Shown: positions 8,860-19,622, numbered from the stretch's first letter. The stretch: 64,000 nucleotides of DNA from an uncultured Hungatella sp. (GCA_910588505.1 CAJUPQ010000001.1:22137-86136), one strand, 5' to 3'. The notes: generated by a model not told the origin, from the sequence alone. Program-made: numbers and translations.

Positions 8860-10446
8860 ATGGCGGCACAATTATTTGCGGCCATCGACGTAGGTTCTTT
8901 TAAACTGGAGCTGGGGATCTACGAGATTACGGCCAAAAACGGTCTGCGGCAGATCGATCATCTGCGGCACGTGATCGCTTTGGGGAAAAATACTTACAGC
9001 ACGGGAAAGATCAGCTATGAGCTCATAGACGAGATGTGCAGGATCCTGGAAGAGTTTGTGAAGGTGATGAAAAGCTACCAGGTGTCTGACTACAGGGCCT
9101 ACGCCACCACGGCTATGCGTCTGGCCAAGAATAATCAGATCATCTTGGAGCAGATACGGGTGAGGACGGGGATCTCTGTTAAAGTCCTGAGCAATTCCGA
9201 ACAGAGACTTCTAACTTACAAAGCCATTGCCATGAAAGAGTCGGAGTTTCAGAAGATCATACAGAAGGGGACTGCCATTGTGGATGTGAGCTTTGGCAGT
9301 ATGCAGATCTCCCTGTTTGACAAAGACAGTTTGGTTTCCACCCAGAATCTGCCTCTGGGGGTTATGGCTATAGGCACGATCCTGTCCAAGATCCCGGTTC
9401 ACAGCTGGATGCAGCGCTCCATCATAGAGGAAGTGGTTAACAAGGAGCTGGGGACTTACAAGAAGATGTACCTGAAAGACCGGGATCTGAAAAACCGGGG
9501 AATCAAAAACCTGATCGCCATCGGGGAGCTGGTGCTGTATCTGGCAAGGGATGAGGTGGATTATGTGGCCTCCTACAGGGAGAAGAACACCGCGCTTACG
9601 GCCGGCGAGTCCCAGGGAACCTGGATGGGTGCCACGGACCGGGTCAGTGCGGAGGATTTTATGGCCTATGTGGACCGCCTCTGTCAGATGTCCCAGGATC
9701 AGATCGAGGAGCGGTTTGGGGTCAACGCGGGATATGCCACGCTGCTTATGCCGGCGGCCATCATCTTCCGCAAGGTGGTGGAGATGACCGGGGCGGAGAT
9801 GATCTGGATTCCGGGGATCCGCATGTGTGACGGCATTGCGTCGGAGTATGCCCAGAGTATTAAGAAACTGAATTTTTCCCACAGCTTTGACGACGACATT
9901 ACGTTTGCGGCCCGCAATATGGCAAAGAGATACCGCTGCGGCGGCAGTCATGCCCAGTGCGTGGAGAAGCTGGCCCTTGAACTGTTTGACGTGATGAAAA
10001 AGCATCATGGCTTAAGCTCCAGGGAGCGGCTGCTTTTGCAGATAGCCGCCATCCTTCACGGTTGCGGCAAATTTATCAGCACCAGAAATACAGGGGACTG
10101 CGCCTATAACATTATTATGGCTACGGAGATCATCGGTCTGTCCCATGAAGAGAGAAAACTGGTGGCCAATGTGGTCCGCTGCTATGGCCAGGAATTTGAC
10201 TATGACGATGACGACACCAGAGTGGCCAAGCTGACGGCCCTTCTGCGCATGGCCAATAGCCTTGACAGAAGCCATAAGCAGAAAATGGAGAACTGCCGCA
10301 TGGCCATGAAGGGCGGGGAATTGGTTATAACCACGGACTATGACGGCGATATAAGCCTGGAGTTTTTTGCGGTAAGCTTCTGTGAGGGATTCTTTGAAGA
10401 GATTTTCGGTATAAAACCGGTGCTGAAAAAGAAAAGGAGGGGTTAA
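8860..10446 (+). CDS. ppx: Ppx/GppA-family exopolyphosphatase with HD-like C-terminal domain (divergent motifs)
   Basis: AAIDVGS, ATTAMR, GIRMCDG, C-terminal LHGCGK; directly upstream of ppk1. Confidence 0.8.
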   Translation: MAAQLFAAIDVGSFKLELGIYEITAKNGLRQIDHLRHVIALGKNTYSTGKISYELIDEMCRILEEFVKVMKSYQVSDYRAYATTAMRLAKNNQIILEQIRVRTGISVKVLSNSEQRLLTYKAIAMKESEFQKIIQKGTAIVDVSFGSMQISLFDKDSLVSTQNLPLGVMAIGTILSKIPVHSWMQRSIIEEVVNKELGTYKKMYLKDRDLKNRGIKNLIAIGELVLYLARDEVDYVASYREKNTALTAGESQGTWMGATDRVSAEDFMAYVDRLCQMSQDQIEERFGVNAGYATLLMPAAIIFRKVVEMTGAEMIWIPGIRMCDGIASEYAQSIKKLNFSHSFDDDITFAARNMAKRYRCGGSHAQCVEKLALELFDVMKKHHGLSSRERLLLQIAAILHGCGKFISTRNTGDCAYNIIMATEIIGLSHEERKLVANVVRCYGQEFDYDDDDTRVAKLTALLRMANSLDRSHKQKMENCRMAMKGGELVITTDYDGDISLEFFAVSFCEGFFEEIFGIKPVLKKKRRG

Positions 10447-10449
10447 GTC

Positions 10450-12588
10450 GTGGCGGAGATAGATTCACGATATATGAAGTATGAAAATTATGTTAACCGG
10501 GAACTGAGCTGGCTGGAATTTGATCACAGGATCCTGGAGGAGGCCAGGGATAAGACGCTTCCTCTTTTTGAGCGGCTGAAGTTTTTAAGCATCACCGCGT
10601 CTAACCTGGACGAGTTTTTTATGGTCAGAGTGGCTTCCCTGAAAGATATGGTACACGCAGGGTATGTCAAGCCGGATGTGGCGGGATTAAAGCCGGAGGA
10701 ACAGCTGCGGAAAATAGAGGAAAAGACCCATGGGCTGGTATCTCTCCAGTATTCTACTTACAACCGTTCCCTTCTTCCGGCCTTAAAGCAGAACGGCCTT
10801 CGGATCGTGGCTAGGCATGAGGAATTGACAGAGGAGGAGGCAGGATTTGTAGATGAGTATTTCAGGTCCAATGTGTACCCGGTCCTGACCCCAATGGCAG
10901 TGGACTCATCCCGTCCGTTCCCTCTTATTTACAATAAATCCCTGAACATCGCGGCCCTTATCAAGGAGAAGGAAAAGCCGGATCAGCTGGATTTTGCCAT
11001 GGTCCAGGTTCCAAGCGTTCTCCCGAGGATCGTGGAGATTCCGTCCGCGGGGGAGCGGGTGGTGATCCTTCTGGAGGAGATCATTGAGCGGAATATTTCC
11101 AGCCTGTTTGTCAAACATGAGGTTCTGGACGCCCATCCTTTCCGGATTATGCGAAACGCGGATCTGACCATTGACGAGGAAGAGGCGGAGGATCTGTTAA
11201 AGGAGATCGAGAAGCAGCTGAAAAAGCGCCGGTGGGGCGAGGCGATCCGGCTGGAGATCGAGGAAAACGCGGACAAACGGCTGCTAAAGCGGCTGAAAAA
11301 GGAACTGGACGTCCATTCCGGGGATATTTTTGCTATAAACGGTCCTCTGGATCTGACGTTTCTTATGAAAATGTACGGACTGGAAGGGTTTGACCATCTG
11401 AAAGCCCCCAGATACAAACCCCAGCCCAACCCTGCATTTATGAATGAGGACGATATTTTTACCAATATCCGTAAAGGCGATATTCTCCTGCATCACCCGT
11501 ATGAATCCTTTGATCCGGTGGTGGACTTTGTGAAGACAGCAGCCAGGGATCCCCAGGTACTGGCCATCAAGCAGACCCTGTACCGGGTCAGCGGCAATTC
11601 GCCGATTGTGGCGGCGCTGGCGGAGGCGGCTGACAAGGGCAAGCAGGTGTTTGTTCTGGTGGAGCTTAAGGCGCGGTTTGACGAGGAGAACAATATCAAC
11701 TGGGCAAAGACTCTGGAGAAAGCAGGATGTCACGTGATCTATGGACTGCTGGGCTTAAAGACCCACTCTAAGATCACTCTGGTGGTCCGGCGGGAGGAGG
11801 ACGGGATCCGGCGCTATGTCCATCTGGGCACAGGCAATTACAATGATTCCACGGCAAAGCTGTACACAGACTGCGGCATCCTTACCTGCCATCCCCAGAT
11901 CGGGGAGGACGCCACGGCGGTGTTCAATATGATGTCCGGTTACTCGGAACCTCTTCACTGGAATCAGCTGCTGGTAGCTCCCATCTGGCTGAGAAAGCGG
12001 TTTTTGAGGATGATAAGGCGGGAGACGGACCACGCGAAAGCGGGGAGAAACGCGAAGATCATTGCCAAGGTAAATTCTTTGTGTGACAGGGATATTATCG
12101 CGGCCCTCTATGAGGCTTCCTGTGCAGGCGTGAAGATCCAGTTGATCGTCAGGGGGATCTGCTGTCTGAAGGCAGGAGTTCCCGGGCTTAGCGAGAATAT
12201 TGAGGTGCGCTCCATTGTGGGCAATTTTCTGGAGCATATCCGGATCTTCTATTTTGAAAATGACGAGGCCCCGGAAGTGTACATGGGAAGCGCGGACTGG
12301 ATGCCAAGGAACTTAGACCGCAGGGTGGAGATCGTGTTCCCTGTGCTGGACGAAAAGCTGAAGGAAAAGGCCATCCACATTCTCCAGGTTCAGCTGGACG
12401 ACAATGTAAAAGCCCATGTTCTGCAGCCGGACGGAAGCTACGCCAAGATCGACCGAAGAGGCAAATCCCCGGTGTGTGCTCAGGAGCAGTTCTGCCAGGA
12501 GGCCCTGGATGCGGTAAAGAGACAGAACGCCCTGGAGGAGCCGGAGGATAAGAGAGTGTTTATCCCCGTGGAGGGCGAGACGGAGTAA
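10450..12588 (+). CDS. ppk1: Polyphosphate kinase 1
   Basis: NRELSWLEF, SNLDEFFMVRVA, LHHPYESF, KTHSK, SADWMPRNLDRRVE. Confidence 0.96.
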   Translation: MAEIDSRYMKYENYVNRELSWLEFDHRILEEARDKTLPLFERLKFLSITASNLDEFFMVRVASLKDMVHAGYVKPDVAGLKPEEQLRKIEEKTHGLVSLQYSTYNRSLLPALKQNGLRIVARHEELTEEEAGFVDEYFRSNVYPVLTPMAVDSSRPFPLIYNKSLNIAALIKEKEKPDQLDFAMVQVPSVLPRIVEIPSAGERVVILLEEIIERNISSLFVKHEVLDAHPFRIMRNADLTIDEEEAEDLLKEIEKQLKKRRWGEAIRLEIEENADKRLLKRLKKELDVHSGDIFAINGPLDLTFLMKMYGLEGFDHLKAPRYKPQPNPAFMNEDDIFTNIRKGDILLHHPYESFDPVVDFVKTAARDPQVLAIKQTLYRVSGNSPIVAALAEAADKGKQVFVLVELKARFDEENNINWAKTLEKAGCHVIYGLLGLKTHSKITLVVRREEDGIRRYVHLGTGNYNDSTAKLYTDCGILTCHPQIGEDATAVFNMMSGYSEPLHWNQLLVAPIWLRKRFLRMIRRETDHAKAGRNAKIIAKVNSLCDRDIIAALYEASCAGVKIQLIVRGICCLKAGVPGLSENIEVRSIVGNFLEHIRIFYFENDEAPEVYMGSADWMPRNLDRRVEIVFPVLDEKLKEKAIHILQVQLDDNVKAHVLQPDGSYAKIDRRGKSPVCAQEQFCQEALDAVKRQNALEEPEDKRVFIPVEGETE

Positions 12589-12601
12589 AAAAGAAAGCGA
12601 C

Positions 12602-12645
12602 AGGGAATCTCCACCGATTTGACAGAGATTCCCTTGTGTTTTTTT
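12602..12645 (+). terminator. Intrinsic terminator after ppk1
   Basis: AGGGAATCTC/GAGATTCCCT stem followed by a T-run. Confidence 0.75.
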
Positions 12646-12721
12646 AATGAAAAAGTAAGGCAAAATCCTCTCTTCTGTGGTATGATGGATACGATAAAAC
12701 GCAATACAAGGAGGAAACCCC

Positions 12722-13426
12722 ATGTCACAGATCAGTATTCTGGTAGTAGATGATGAGAACGAGATCGCGGACCTGGTAGAGATCTATCTGGTCAGCGACG
12801 GATATAGAGTGTTTAAGGCGGCCAACGCCCAGGACGGGTTAAATATCCTGGAAAAGGAAGAGATCCATCTGGTTCTTCTGGATATTATGATGCCGGGGAT
12901 GGACGGCCTGGAGATGTGCAGGAAGATAAGGGAGACCAACAACATTCCCATTATCATGCTGAGCGCCCGCTCCACGGACCTTGACAAGATCTTAGGGCTT
13001 GGGACCGGGGCCGACGATTACGTGGTGAAGCCGTTTAATCCGCTGGAGCTGACAGCCAGGGTCAAGTCCCAGCTGCGCCGCTACACCCAGCTAAATCCAA
13101 ACAGCACCGCAAAGGAAGAGGATAAAAACGAGATCTCCATCAAAGGCCTGGTGATCAATAAAGATAATCATAAGGTGATGGTGTACGGTGAGGAGATAAA
13201 GCTGACTCCTATTGAGTTTGACATTCTGTATCTTTTGGCCTCCAACCCGGGCAAGGTGTTCAGCACGGACGAGATCTTCGAGAAAGTGTGGAATGAGAAG
13301 GTTTATGAGGCCAACAATACGGTCATGGTACATATCCGGCGTCTCCGGGGTAAGATGAAAGAAGATACCAGGCAGAACAAGATCATTACCACAGTGTGGG
13401 GGGTAGGATACAAAATTGAAAAATGA
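12722..13426 (+). CDS. OmpR-family response regulator
   Basis: VVDDE, LLDIMMP, GADDYVVKPF, winged-helix TVWGVGYK. Confidence 0.95.
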   Translation: MSQISILVVDDENEIADLVEIYLVSDGYRVFKAANAQDGLNILEKEEIHLVLLDIMMPGMDGLEMCRKIRETNNIPIIMLSARSTDLDKILGLGTGADDYVVKPFNPLELTARVKSQLRRYTQLNPNSTAKEEDKNEISIKGLVINKDNHKVMVYGEEIKLTPIEFDILYLLASNPGKVFSTDEIFEKVWNEKVYEANNTVMVHIRRLRGKMKEDTRQNKIITTVWGVGYKIEK

Positions 13427-14570
13427 TATGAGCCGCCGGTTTCATACAAGGGTTATCACCAACATCATATTCAGCGCCATGTTCGCCTGTCTGGTGGCTC
13501 TGTTTTTGGTGACGAATCTTACTATGCTGGGAGAGTACGCGGTGGTCCAGGGGAAAGAGGGTTCTCTGCAGGCGGTCTTCTACCACCCGGGTCCTGTCAT
13601 TACCCTTCTGTACGTGCTGGCCGGGATCGCCACGTTTTCCTCGGCGTTCCTTGTGCTGCAGAAGAAATCTATGGATTATATCACCAAGCTTTCCACTGCC
13701 ATTCAGAATATTTCAGAGGGAGACTTAAATACCACGGTGGAGGTGGTGGGGGACGACGAGTTCTCAGCCATGGCGGCCAACCTAAACAAGATGGTGGAGG
13801 ACATCCGCAGGCTGATGGACAAAGAGCGGGAGTCGGAGCGGACGAAAAATGAGCTGATCACCAATATCGCCCATGACCTGCGGACGCCCCTTACATCCAT
13901 CATCGGATATCTGGAACTGCTTTCCGCTCCCACCAGCAACATGTCTCCGGAGATGGAGAAAAAGTATATCAACATCACCTATACCAAGGCAAAACGGCTG
14001 GAGAAGCTGATCGAGGATCTGTTTGGATTTACCAAGCTGAACTACGGCAAGGTGTCTATGAAGGTGACAAAGGTGGACATCGTAAAGCTGTTAAGCCAGC
14101 TTCTGGAGGAGTTTTATCCTAATTTTATGGATAAAGACCTGGCCTATGAATTGCAGAGCAATGTTCCGGCAAAGATGATTAACGCGGATGGCAATCTGCT
14201 GGCCAGGCTGTTTGACAATCTGATCAACAACGCCATTAAATATGGGGCGGAGGGAAAGCGGATCGTGGTGAAGATCCATGCCACGGAGAGTATTGTGACC
14301 GTTTCCGTGACAAACTATGGGTATGTGATACCGAAAGAAGAGCTGCCCCTTCTGTTTGAGAAGTTTTACAGGGTGGAGCAGTCCCGTTCATCCAATACGG
14401 GAGGCACCGGATTGGGACTGGCGATTGCCAGAAATATCGTAGATATGCATGGAGGGACGATCGGGGTCACCAGCGATCTGAATGGGACCGTGTTTACTGT
14501 CAGGCTCTTGGTAGATTTTGATATAAACAAAGAAAATTTCGGGAACCCGGGGGACAGACATGAATATTAA
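13416..14570 (+). CDS. HAMP-domain sensor histidine kinase
   Basis: 2 TM with a short loop, HAMP, AHDLRTPL, NAIKY, GGTGLGLAIA; TTG start overlapping the regulator. Confidence 0.92.
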   Translation: MKNDMSRRFHTRVITNIIFSAMFACLVALFLVTNLTMLGEYAVVQGKEGSLQAVFYHPGPVITLLYVLAGIATFSSAFLVLQKKSMDYITKLSTAIQNISEGDLNTTVEVVGDDEFSAMAANLNKMVEDIRRLMDKERESERTKNELITNIAHDLRTPLTSIIGYLELLSAPTSNMSPEMEKKYINITYTKAKRLEKLIEDLFGFTKLNYGKVSMKVTKVDIVKLLSQLLEEFYPNFMDKDLAYELQSNVPAKMINADGNLLARLFDNLINNAIKYGAEGKRIVVKIHATESIVTVSVTNYGYVIPKEELPLLFEKFYRVEQSRSSNTGGTGLGLAIARNIVDMHGGTIGVTSDLNGTVFTVRLLVDFDINKENFGNPGDRHEY

Positions 14571-17022
14571 GAGGAGATTGCTTACAGGGCCGCTGATAAT
14601 TGTGCTGGCCCTTTTGGCTGTTCAGGTATCCTGGGCGGCAGAAAGCTATGGCGGGACAGGCAGCCGGGCGGGCTCGGGCATTGTCCTGGAGGCGGAGTAC
14701 GGCCATGAGGGGGCGGCAAAAGGCGGGAGGTACGTGCCGCTGGATGTCCGGATCTTCAACCAGGAGAGTACCGGGCTGGAGGGAAGCCTTCAGATCCTGG
14801 TGATGGAGTCTGATTATGAGGTGTACCGTTATGATTATCCGGTTTTTGTAGAGGCGGGGCAAGAACAGGAGAGGCATCTGTATATTCCCATGGGGAACCG
14901 GTCGGATCAGATGTTTATCACTGTTGAGGATCAGGAGGGACAGCAGATAGCCCATAAGCGGCTGCAGCTGGATTTTAGCCTGGATGTGCCGGAGCTGTTT
15001 GTAGGCATTTTAAGCGATACCCCGGAGGCCCTTGGGGGTTGGGACCGGGTAGGGGTTAATTACGGCATGCTCCGCACAAAGACCATGTTCTTTGACACCA
15101 TAAATTTCCCACAGGATAAACTGGGGCTGGATATGATCGATGTGATGCTCATTACAGATTTTCGCATCCGGGATCTGTCTGAAGAGCAGAGTCAGGTGCT
15201 GATTGAGTGGGTGCGCAGCGGCGGCGTGATGATACTGGGGACCGGGGCCAGGGTGGATGACACTCTGGGCCGGTTCGCTCCGGAGCTTTTGGAGGAGATG
15301 TACGAGGAGCCGGAGTACCACCGCATTGATATGAGAGGACATTATACCCAGGAGGCGCCGGGGGCTACGGTTTTTGATATTCCCTGTGTGGAATTTTCCC
15401 TGTCCGGGGGCAATATCATACTGGCAGATGAGTCCCGGACCTTTTTAAGCGCAGTGACGTACCGGAGAGGGATCGTGGCTGTGGCCGCTTACGATTTTGT
15501 AGATATCGGAGAGTTCTGCCGTGAAAACCCCTCCTACCTTGACAAACTCCTTACAGGCGTATTGGGGGAGAAACGGATCACATCTCTGGCGGAATCGGTT
15601 TACAGCGGTAATTCCGGGCAGTACTGGGCTGTAAGGGATATGCTGAACTCGGGCAATGTAAAGTGGCTGCCCAACATGGGGCTTTATACCATGGAGATCG
15701 TTATTTACGTATTCCTGGCGGGAGTGGGACTGTATGTCTTTTTAAAGCAGAGAGATCTGACCGAATATTATATGGGCGGGGTTATGGCTCTGTCGGTGCT
15801 GTTTACAGTGATCATCTGGCTTATGGGCAGCAGGACCCGGTTTAAGGATACGTTTTATACCTATGCCCGCTTTCTGGAGGTTAACTATGACACCATCAGC
15901 GATACGGCGTATCTGAACATTCAGGCTCCCTACAACAGGGCCTATGAGTCCCATTTGGCTCCGGGATACTGGGTGAAGCCTGTGACCCAGAATCAGTACG
16001 GTTCCGGGACGGCGGGAGTCCGGCGTCAGTTTACGGGGATGGAAGATTACGCCATACGGGCTGACTACCGCCAGGAAGAGACTCTGGTGGAAATCCGGGA
16101 TGTGCCGGCTTTTGACGCAAGATATTTTCAGATGAATAAAGTAAAAGCTAACAACAGCGGGATTGGGTTTGAAGGCGACATTGAGGTTGATCAGGGGAGG
16201 TACACAGGGACCATTATCAGCCATTTTGAGGAAACGCTGGAAAACTGCGCGGTGCTTCTCTATGGCAAGCTTATTTATCTGGGGGATATGGAGCCGGAGG
16301 TGCCCTATTCCCTGGATGGCCGCGAGGTCTTGACCTACCCCTTAAACCATTCTTATCAGGTTGCCGCCTATCTCTCAGGTCAGAATGGGTTTGAGGAGGC
16401 GGATATAAACAATGATGCGTACATGGAGGCTGTGGCCAAGACCAATGCTATGACCTTTTACCTGGATAATTTTATGCCGGACTACTCGCCAAACGCCAAA
16501 GTCATAGGCGTATTCAGCCATAAAGGGGAGAACGAGACATACCTTTTAAACAGCGGGACAGCTATGGGAAAAACTGTGGCATCCGCCGATATCAGCGTAT
16601 ATTCCAGTGAGGACGAGGTAAGATACCGCTCGGGACTGATAAAGAAGCCTCAGGTTTTAGGCGGGAGCTATGATGTTGCCGGCAACATGCTGTACGGAGG
16701 GGATCCGGTAACCCTGGAGTACGCTCTGGGCAACGACGTGCGGATCGAGAAGCTTCTGTTTCGGCAGGTATCCCCGGTATTTACCCAGGGAGGTTCGGCC
16801 CGCGACCTGAACCTGTTTGCAGGAAATGTGTACTTCTATAATCACAATACAGGGAAATTTGATCTGATGGATTCCATGAAAGTGGTATATGAGAAACATG
16901 AGCTGGCGCCCTATTTGTCGCCGGGCAACACTTTTACAGTGAAATATGTGTATGAAAATATGACGGATTACAGTCTGAACGTGCTGCTTCCCATGGTGGA
17001 ACTTGTAGGGAGGGAAGACTGA
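14560..17022 (+). CDS. Large membrane-anchored ABC-associated protein (signal peptide, GATase-like domain, 2 central TM)
   Basis: 820 aa; LIEWVRSGGVMIL resembles the class I glutamine-amidotransferase-like fold; translationally coupled to the ABC ATPase. Confidence 0.7.
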   Translation: MNIKRRLLTGPLIIVLALLAVQVSWAAESYGGTGSRAGSGIVLEAEYGHEGAAKGGRYVPLDVRIFNQESTGLEGSLQILVMESDYEVYRYDYPVFVEAGQEQERHLYIPMGNRSDQMFITVEDQEGQQIAHKRLQLDFSLDVPELFVGILSDTPEALGGWDRVGVNYGMLRTKTMFFDTINFPQDKLGLDMIDVMLITDFRIRDLSEEQSQVLIEWVRSGGVMILGTGARVDDTLGRFAPELLEEMYEEPEYHRIDMRGHYTQEAPGATVFDIPCVEFSLSGGNIILADESRTFLSAVTYRRGIVAVAAYDFVDIGEFCRENPSYLDKLLTGVLGEKRITSLAESVYSGNSGQYWAVRDMLNSGNVKWLPNMGLYTMEIVIYVFLAGVGLYVFLKQRDLTEYYMGGVMALSVLFTVIIWLMGSRTRFKDTFYTYARFLEVNYDTISDTAYLNIQAPYNRAYESHLAPGYWVKPVTQNQYGSGTAGVRRQFTGMEDYAIRADYRQEETLVEIRDVPAFDARYFQMNKVKANNSGIGFEGDIEVDQGRYTGTIISHFEETLENCAVLLYGKLIYLGDMEPEVPYSLDGREVLTYPLNHSYQVAAYLSGQNGFEEADINNDAYMEAVAKTNAMTFYLDNFMPDYSPNAKVIGVFSHKGENETYLLNSGTAMGKTVASADISVYSSEDEVRYRSGLIKKPQVLGGSYDVAGNMLYGGDPVTLEYALGNDVRIEKLLFRQVSPVFTQGGSARDLNLFAGNVYFYNHNTGKFDLMDSMKVVYEKHELAPYLSPGNTFTVKYVYENMTDYSLNVLLPMVELVGRED

Positions 17023-17969
17023 TGCTGAAAGTGGAAGGTCTGAAAAAAATGTACGGGCGCATGGCGGCCCTGGATGGCCTGTGTATGAATATAAAAGAAG
17101 GAGCTCTTTATGGATTCGTAGGTCCCAACGGGGCAGGAAAGACTACCACCATCAAGATCCTGACAGGGCTTTTGCTCCCTGATGAGGGATCTGTGGTTGT
17201 GGATGGTATTGACGCCATGAAAGATACCGGGAAGGTTACGGAAAAGATTGGATATGTGCCGGATTTTTTCGGCGTCTACGACAATCTTAAGGTGTGGGAG
17301 TACATGGAGCTGTTCTCAGCCTGCGGCGGTCTTTATGGACTGAATGCCAGGAAGCGGTCCCGGGATCTGCTGGAGCAGGTGGGACTGGGGGAAAAGACGG
17401 AATACTATGTGGATGGTCTGTCCCGGGGCATGAAACAGCGTCTGTGCTTGGCCAGGGCCCTTATCCACAATCCGCCGATCCTTGTCATGGATGAGCCTAC
17501 ATCAGGGCTGGATCCGGGCACCCGGTATGAGTTTAAGGAGATCTTAAAAGACTTAAGGGAACAGGGAAAAACTGTGGTCATCAGTTCTCACATCTTGTCG
17601 GAACTGTCGGAAGTCTGTACGGATATCGGGATCGTGGAACAGGGGAAGATGGTGGTGGAGGGTTCTATAGATGATATTCTGAATCAGATCAATGTAAGGA
17701 GCCCTCTGCTCATTACGGTGTGCCGCAATAAAGAGCAGGCTTTGAACCTTCTCCGCGCCCATCCCTACGTGGAGACCATCACCATACGCCAGAATGATAT
17801 TATGGTTGGGTTTACGGGGGAGCAGGAGGATGAGGCTATGCTTTTAAAACAGCTTATTGAGGCTGGGGTTCTGGTGGGCGGGTTCGTGCGGGAGAGAGGC
17901 AACCTGGAATCCGTGTTCCTGCAGATCATCAACCATGAGGAAGGGATGGTGCTCATCAGTGAAAATTAA
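17022..17969 (+). CDS. ABC transporter ATP-binding protein
   Basis: GPNGAGKTT, LSRGMKQR, MDEP, SSH. Confidence 0.95.
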   Translation: MLKVEGLKKMYGRMAALDGLCMNIKEGALYGFVGPNGAGKTTTIKILTGLLLPDEGSVVVDGIDAMKDTGKVTEKIGYVPDFFGVYDNLKVWEYMELFSACGGLYGLNARKRSRDLLEQVGLGEKTEYYVDGLSRGMKQRLCLARALIHNPPILVMDEPTSGLDPGTRYEFKEILKDLREQGKTVVISSHILSELSEVCTDIGIVEQGKMVVEGSIDDILNQINVRSPLLITVCRNKEQALNLLRAHPYVETITIRQNDIMVGFTGEQEDEAMLLKQLIEAGVLVGGFVRERGNLESVFLQIINHEEGMVLISEN

Positions 17970-18807
17970 TCCGATCTACTGGCAGGAGGCCAGAGTCAGT
18001 TCCAGGTCTTTCAGGCTTCCCTTTATTGTTTTTCTGTGTGATACGATCCTGGCCCTGGCCGCCCTTTTGAATATGTACTCCATGGTCACTCAGGCAAAAG
18101 CCACCGCGGAGATCCAGTATGCCAGCTTTCTCAACCTGTATGTGCTGGTGGCGTGTATTGAGTTTGTCATGATCCTGCTTATTGTGCCGGCGCTTACGTC
18201 GGGAAGCATCAGCGGGGAGCGGGAGAGACAGACTCTGAATCTGCTTCTGACTACCCGCATGACGCCTGCAGATATTGTCGTCGGCAAATTGATGGCAAGC
18301 CTTTCTACTATGATCCTGCTTATCGTATCCAGTTTTCCGGTATTGGCGCTGGTGTTTATCTATGGCGGGGTGACGGTAAAGGATATTGTTCTGTTGTTGC
18401 TTACCTTTGTGTCAACGGCAGTGTTGTCTGGAAGCGTAGGGATCTGTTGCTCCTCGATGTTCAAAAAATCTACCATTGCCACGGTAGTCAGTTACTGTGT
18501 TATGGCTGCTCTGGTTTTGGGAACCGTTGCCGCAGCCAAGGTTGCCGCTGCTTCCGGTCCTTCTTTTTGGGGATGGCTGCTGCTTGTGAATCCGGCAGTG
18601 CCTTTCGGCGCGGCTATGGGAAAACAGATGGGCAGCGCGCGGCGTCTATCTGTGTTTGAGACCTGGGCGGGCAGTTCCTTTCAGAGACTTACAGTCGGCG
18701 ACTGGCTGTGGCTTAGTCTTGTGGTGCAGCTTTTACTTGCGGGTATATGTCTGTATACAGCCATTAGTCAGGTGAATCCCAGGAGGAGACGAAGATGGAA
18801 ATATTAA
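17959..18807 (+). CDS. ABC-2 type transporter permease
   Basis: GTG start overlapping the ATPase; SISGERERQTLNLLLTT motif; about 6 TM. Confidence 0.88.
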   Translation: MKINPIYWQEARVSSRSFRLPFIVFLCDTILALAALLNMYSMVTQAKATAEIQYASFLNLYVLVACIEFVMILLIVPALTSGSISGERERQTLNLLLTTRMTPADIVVGKLMASLSTMILLIVSSFPVLALVFIYGGVTVKDIVLLLLTFVSTAVLSGSVGICCSSMFKKSTIATVVSYCVMAALVLGTVAAAKVAAASGPSFWGWLLLVNPAVPFGAAMGKQMGSARRLSVFETWAGSSFQRLTVGDWLWLSLVVQLLLAGICLYTAISQVNPRRRRRWKY

Positions 18808-19622
18808 GCGCGCATGCCGGCGCCCCGGGGCTGGTAGTGGGCATTCTTCTGCTGGCAGGCGGAACTTTCGCCTGGTTTCGGATCCGGAGACAGGTCCGTA
18901 TGATATCAAAAGCCATATTTGGAACACCTTCTCTTTCGGAGGGATTGGAGCGGCAGGCAGATGTCCTGGCAGAAACTCCCAAATCTGTATCCGGCATGAC
19001 AAGGCTGTGTCTGCCCCAGATCGAGGAGGATTTTCCGGAATTTCACTGGCCTCAATGGCGCCAGATGTGCGAGAATATGCTGAAAGCCTATCTGGCGGCT
19101 TTAAGCTCCCAGGATATGGCGGCGCTGACAGGCAAAGGCGGGGCAGCTTCGGAGGAGCTAAGGAAGCAGGTGGAGTTTCGGATCCAGGATCAGAGAATCA
19201 GAGGAGTTCGGGAAACCTACCGGCAGGTAAAGATCCACCAGACGGAGATCGCCAGATATCAGAAGGAGGCGGGGATGTGCGTCATAAAACTGCAGTCCGC
19301 GGTGGAGTATTATTATGAGGAGACCGGGCCGGAGGGCGAAGTATCTTCAACCCCGGCGAAGATTTCCGGAAAGCGGTCCAAAAGGGTGGAGGATCAGCCT
19401 AAGAACCGCAAGATACAGACCAGATACAATATGGAACTGATCTACATACAGGATCTTTCAAAGATAAAAGATCTGGCAACTGCCGTGGGCGTTACCTGTC
19501 CAAACTGCGGGGCGCCGATCACCGGCCTGGGAAGCAAGTTCTGCGAGTATTGCGGCACAGGCGTCACGCCGGTTGACACGAGGGTATGGAAGCTGCACCG
19601 GGTTGAAGGCGAAAATCATTGA
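18795..19622 (+). CDS. Membrane-anchored Tim44-like protein with C-terminal zinc ribbon
   Basis: N-terminal TM; IEEDFPEFHW...ENMLKAYL segment; CPNCGAP...FCEYCG. Confidence 0.7.
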   Translation: MEILSAHAGAPGLVVGILLLAGGTFAWFRIRRQVRMISKAIFGTPSLSEGLERQADVLAETPKSVSGMTRLCLPQIEEDFPEFHWPQWRQMCENMLKAYLAALSSQDMAALTGKGGAASEELRKQVEFRIQDQRIRGVRETYRQVKIHQTEIARYQKEAGMCVIKLQSAVEYYYEETGPEGEVSSTPAKISGKRSKRVEDQPKNRKIQTRYNMELIYIQDLSKIKDLATAVGVTCPNCGAPITGLGSKFCEYCGTGVTPVDTRVWKLHRVEGENH

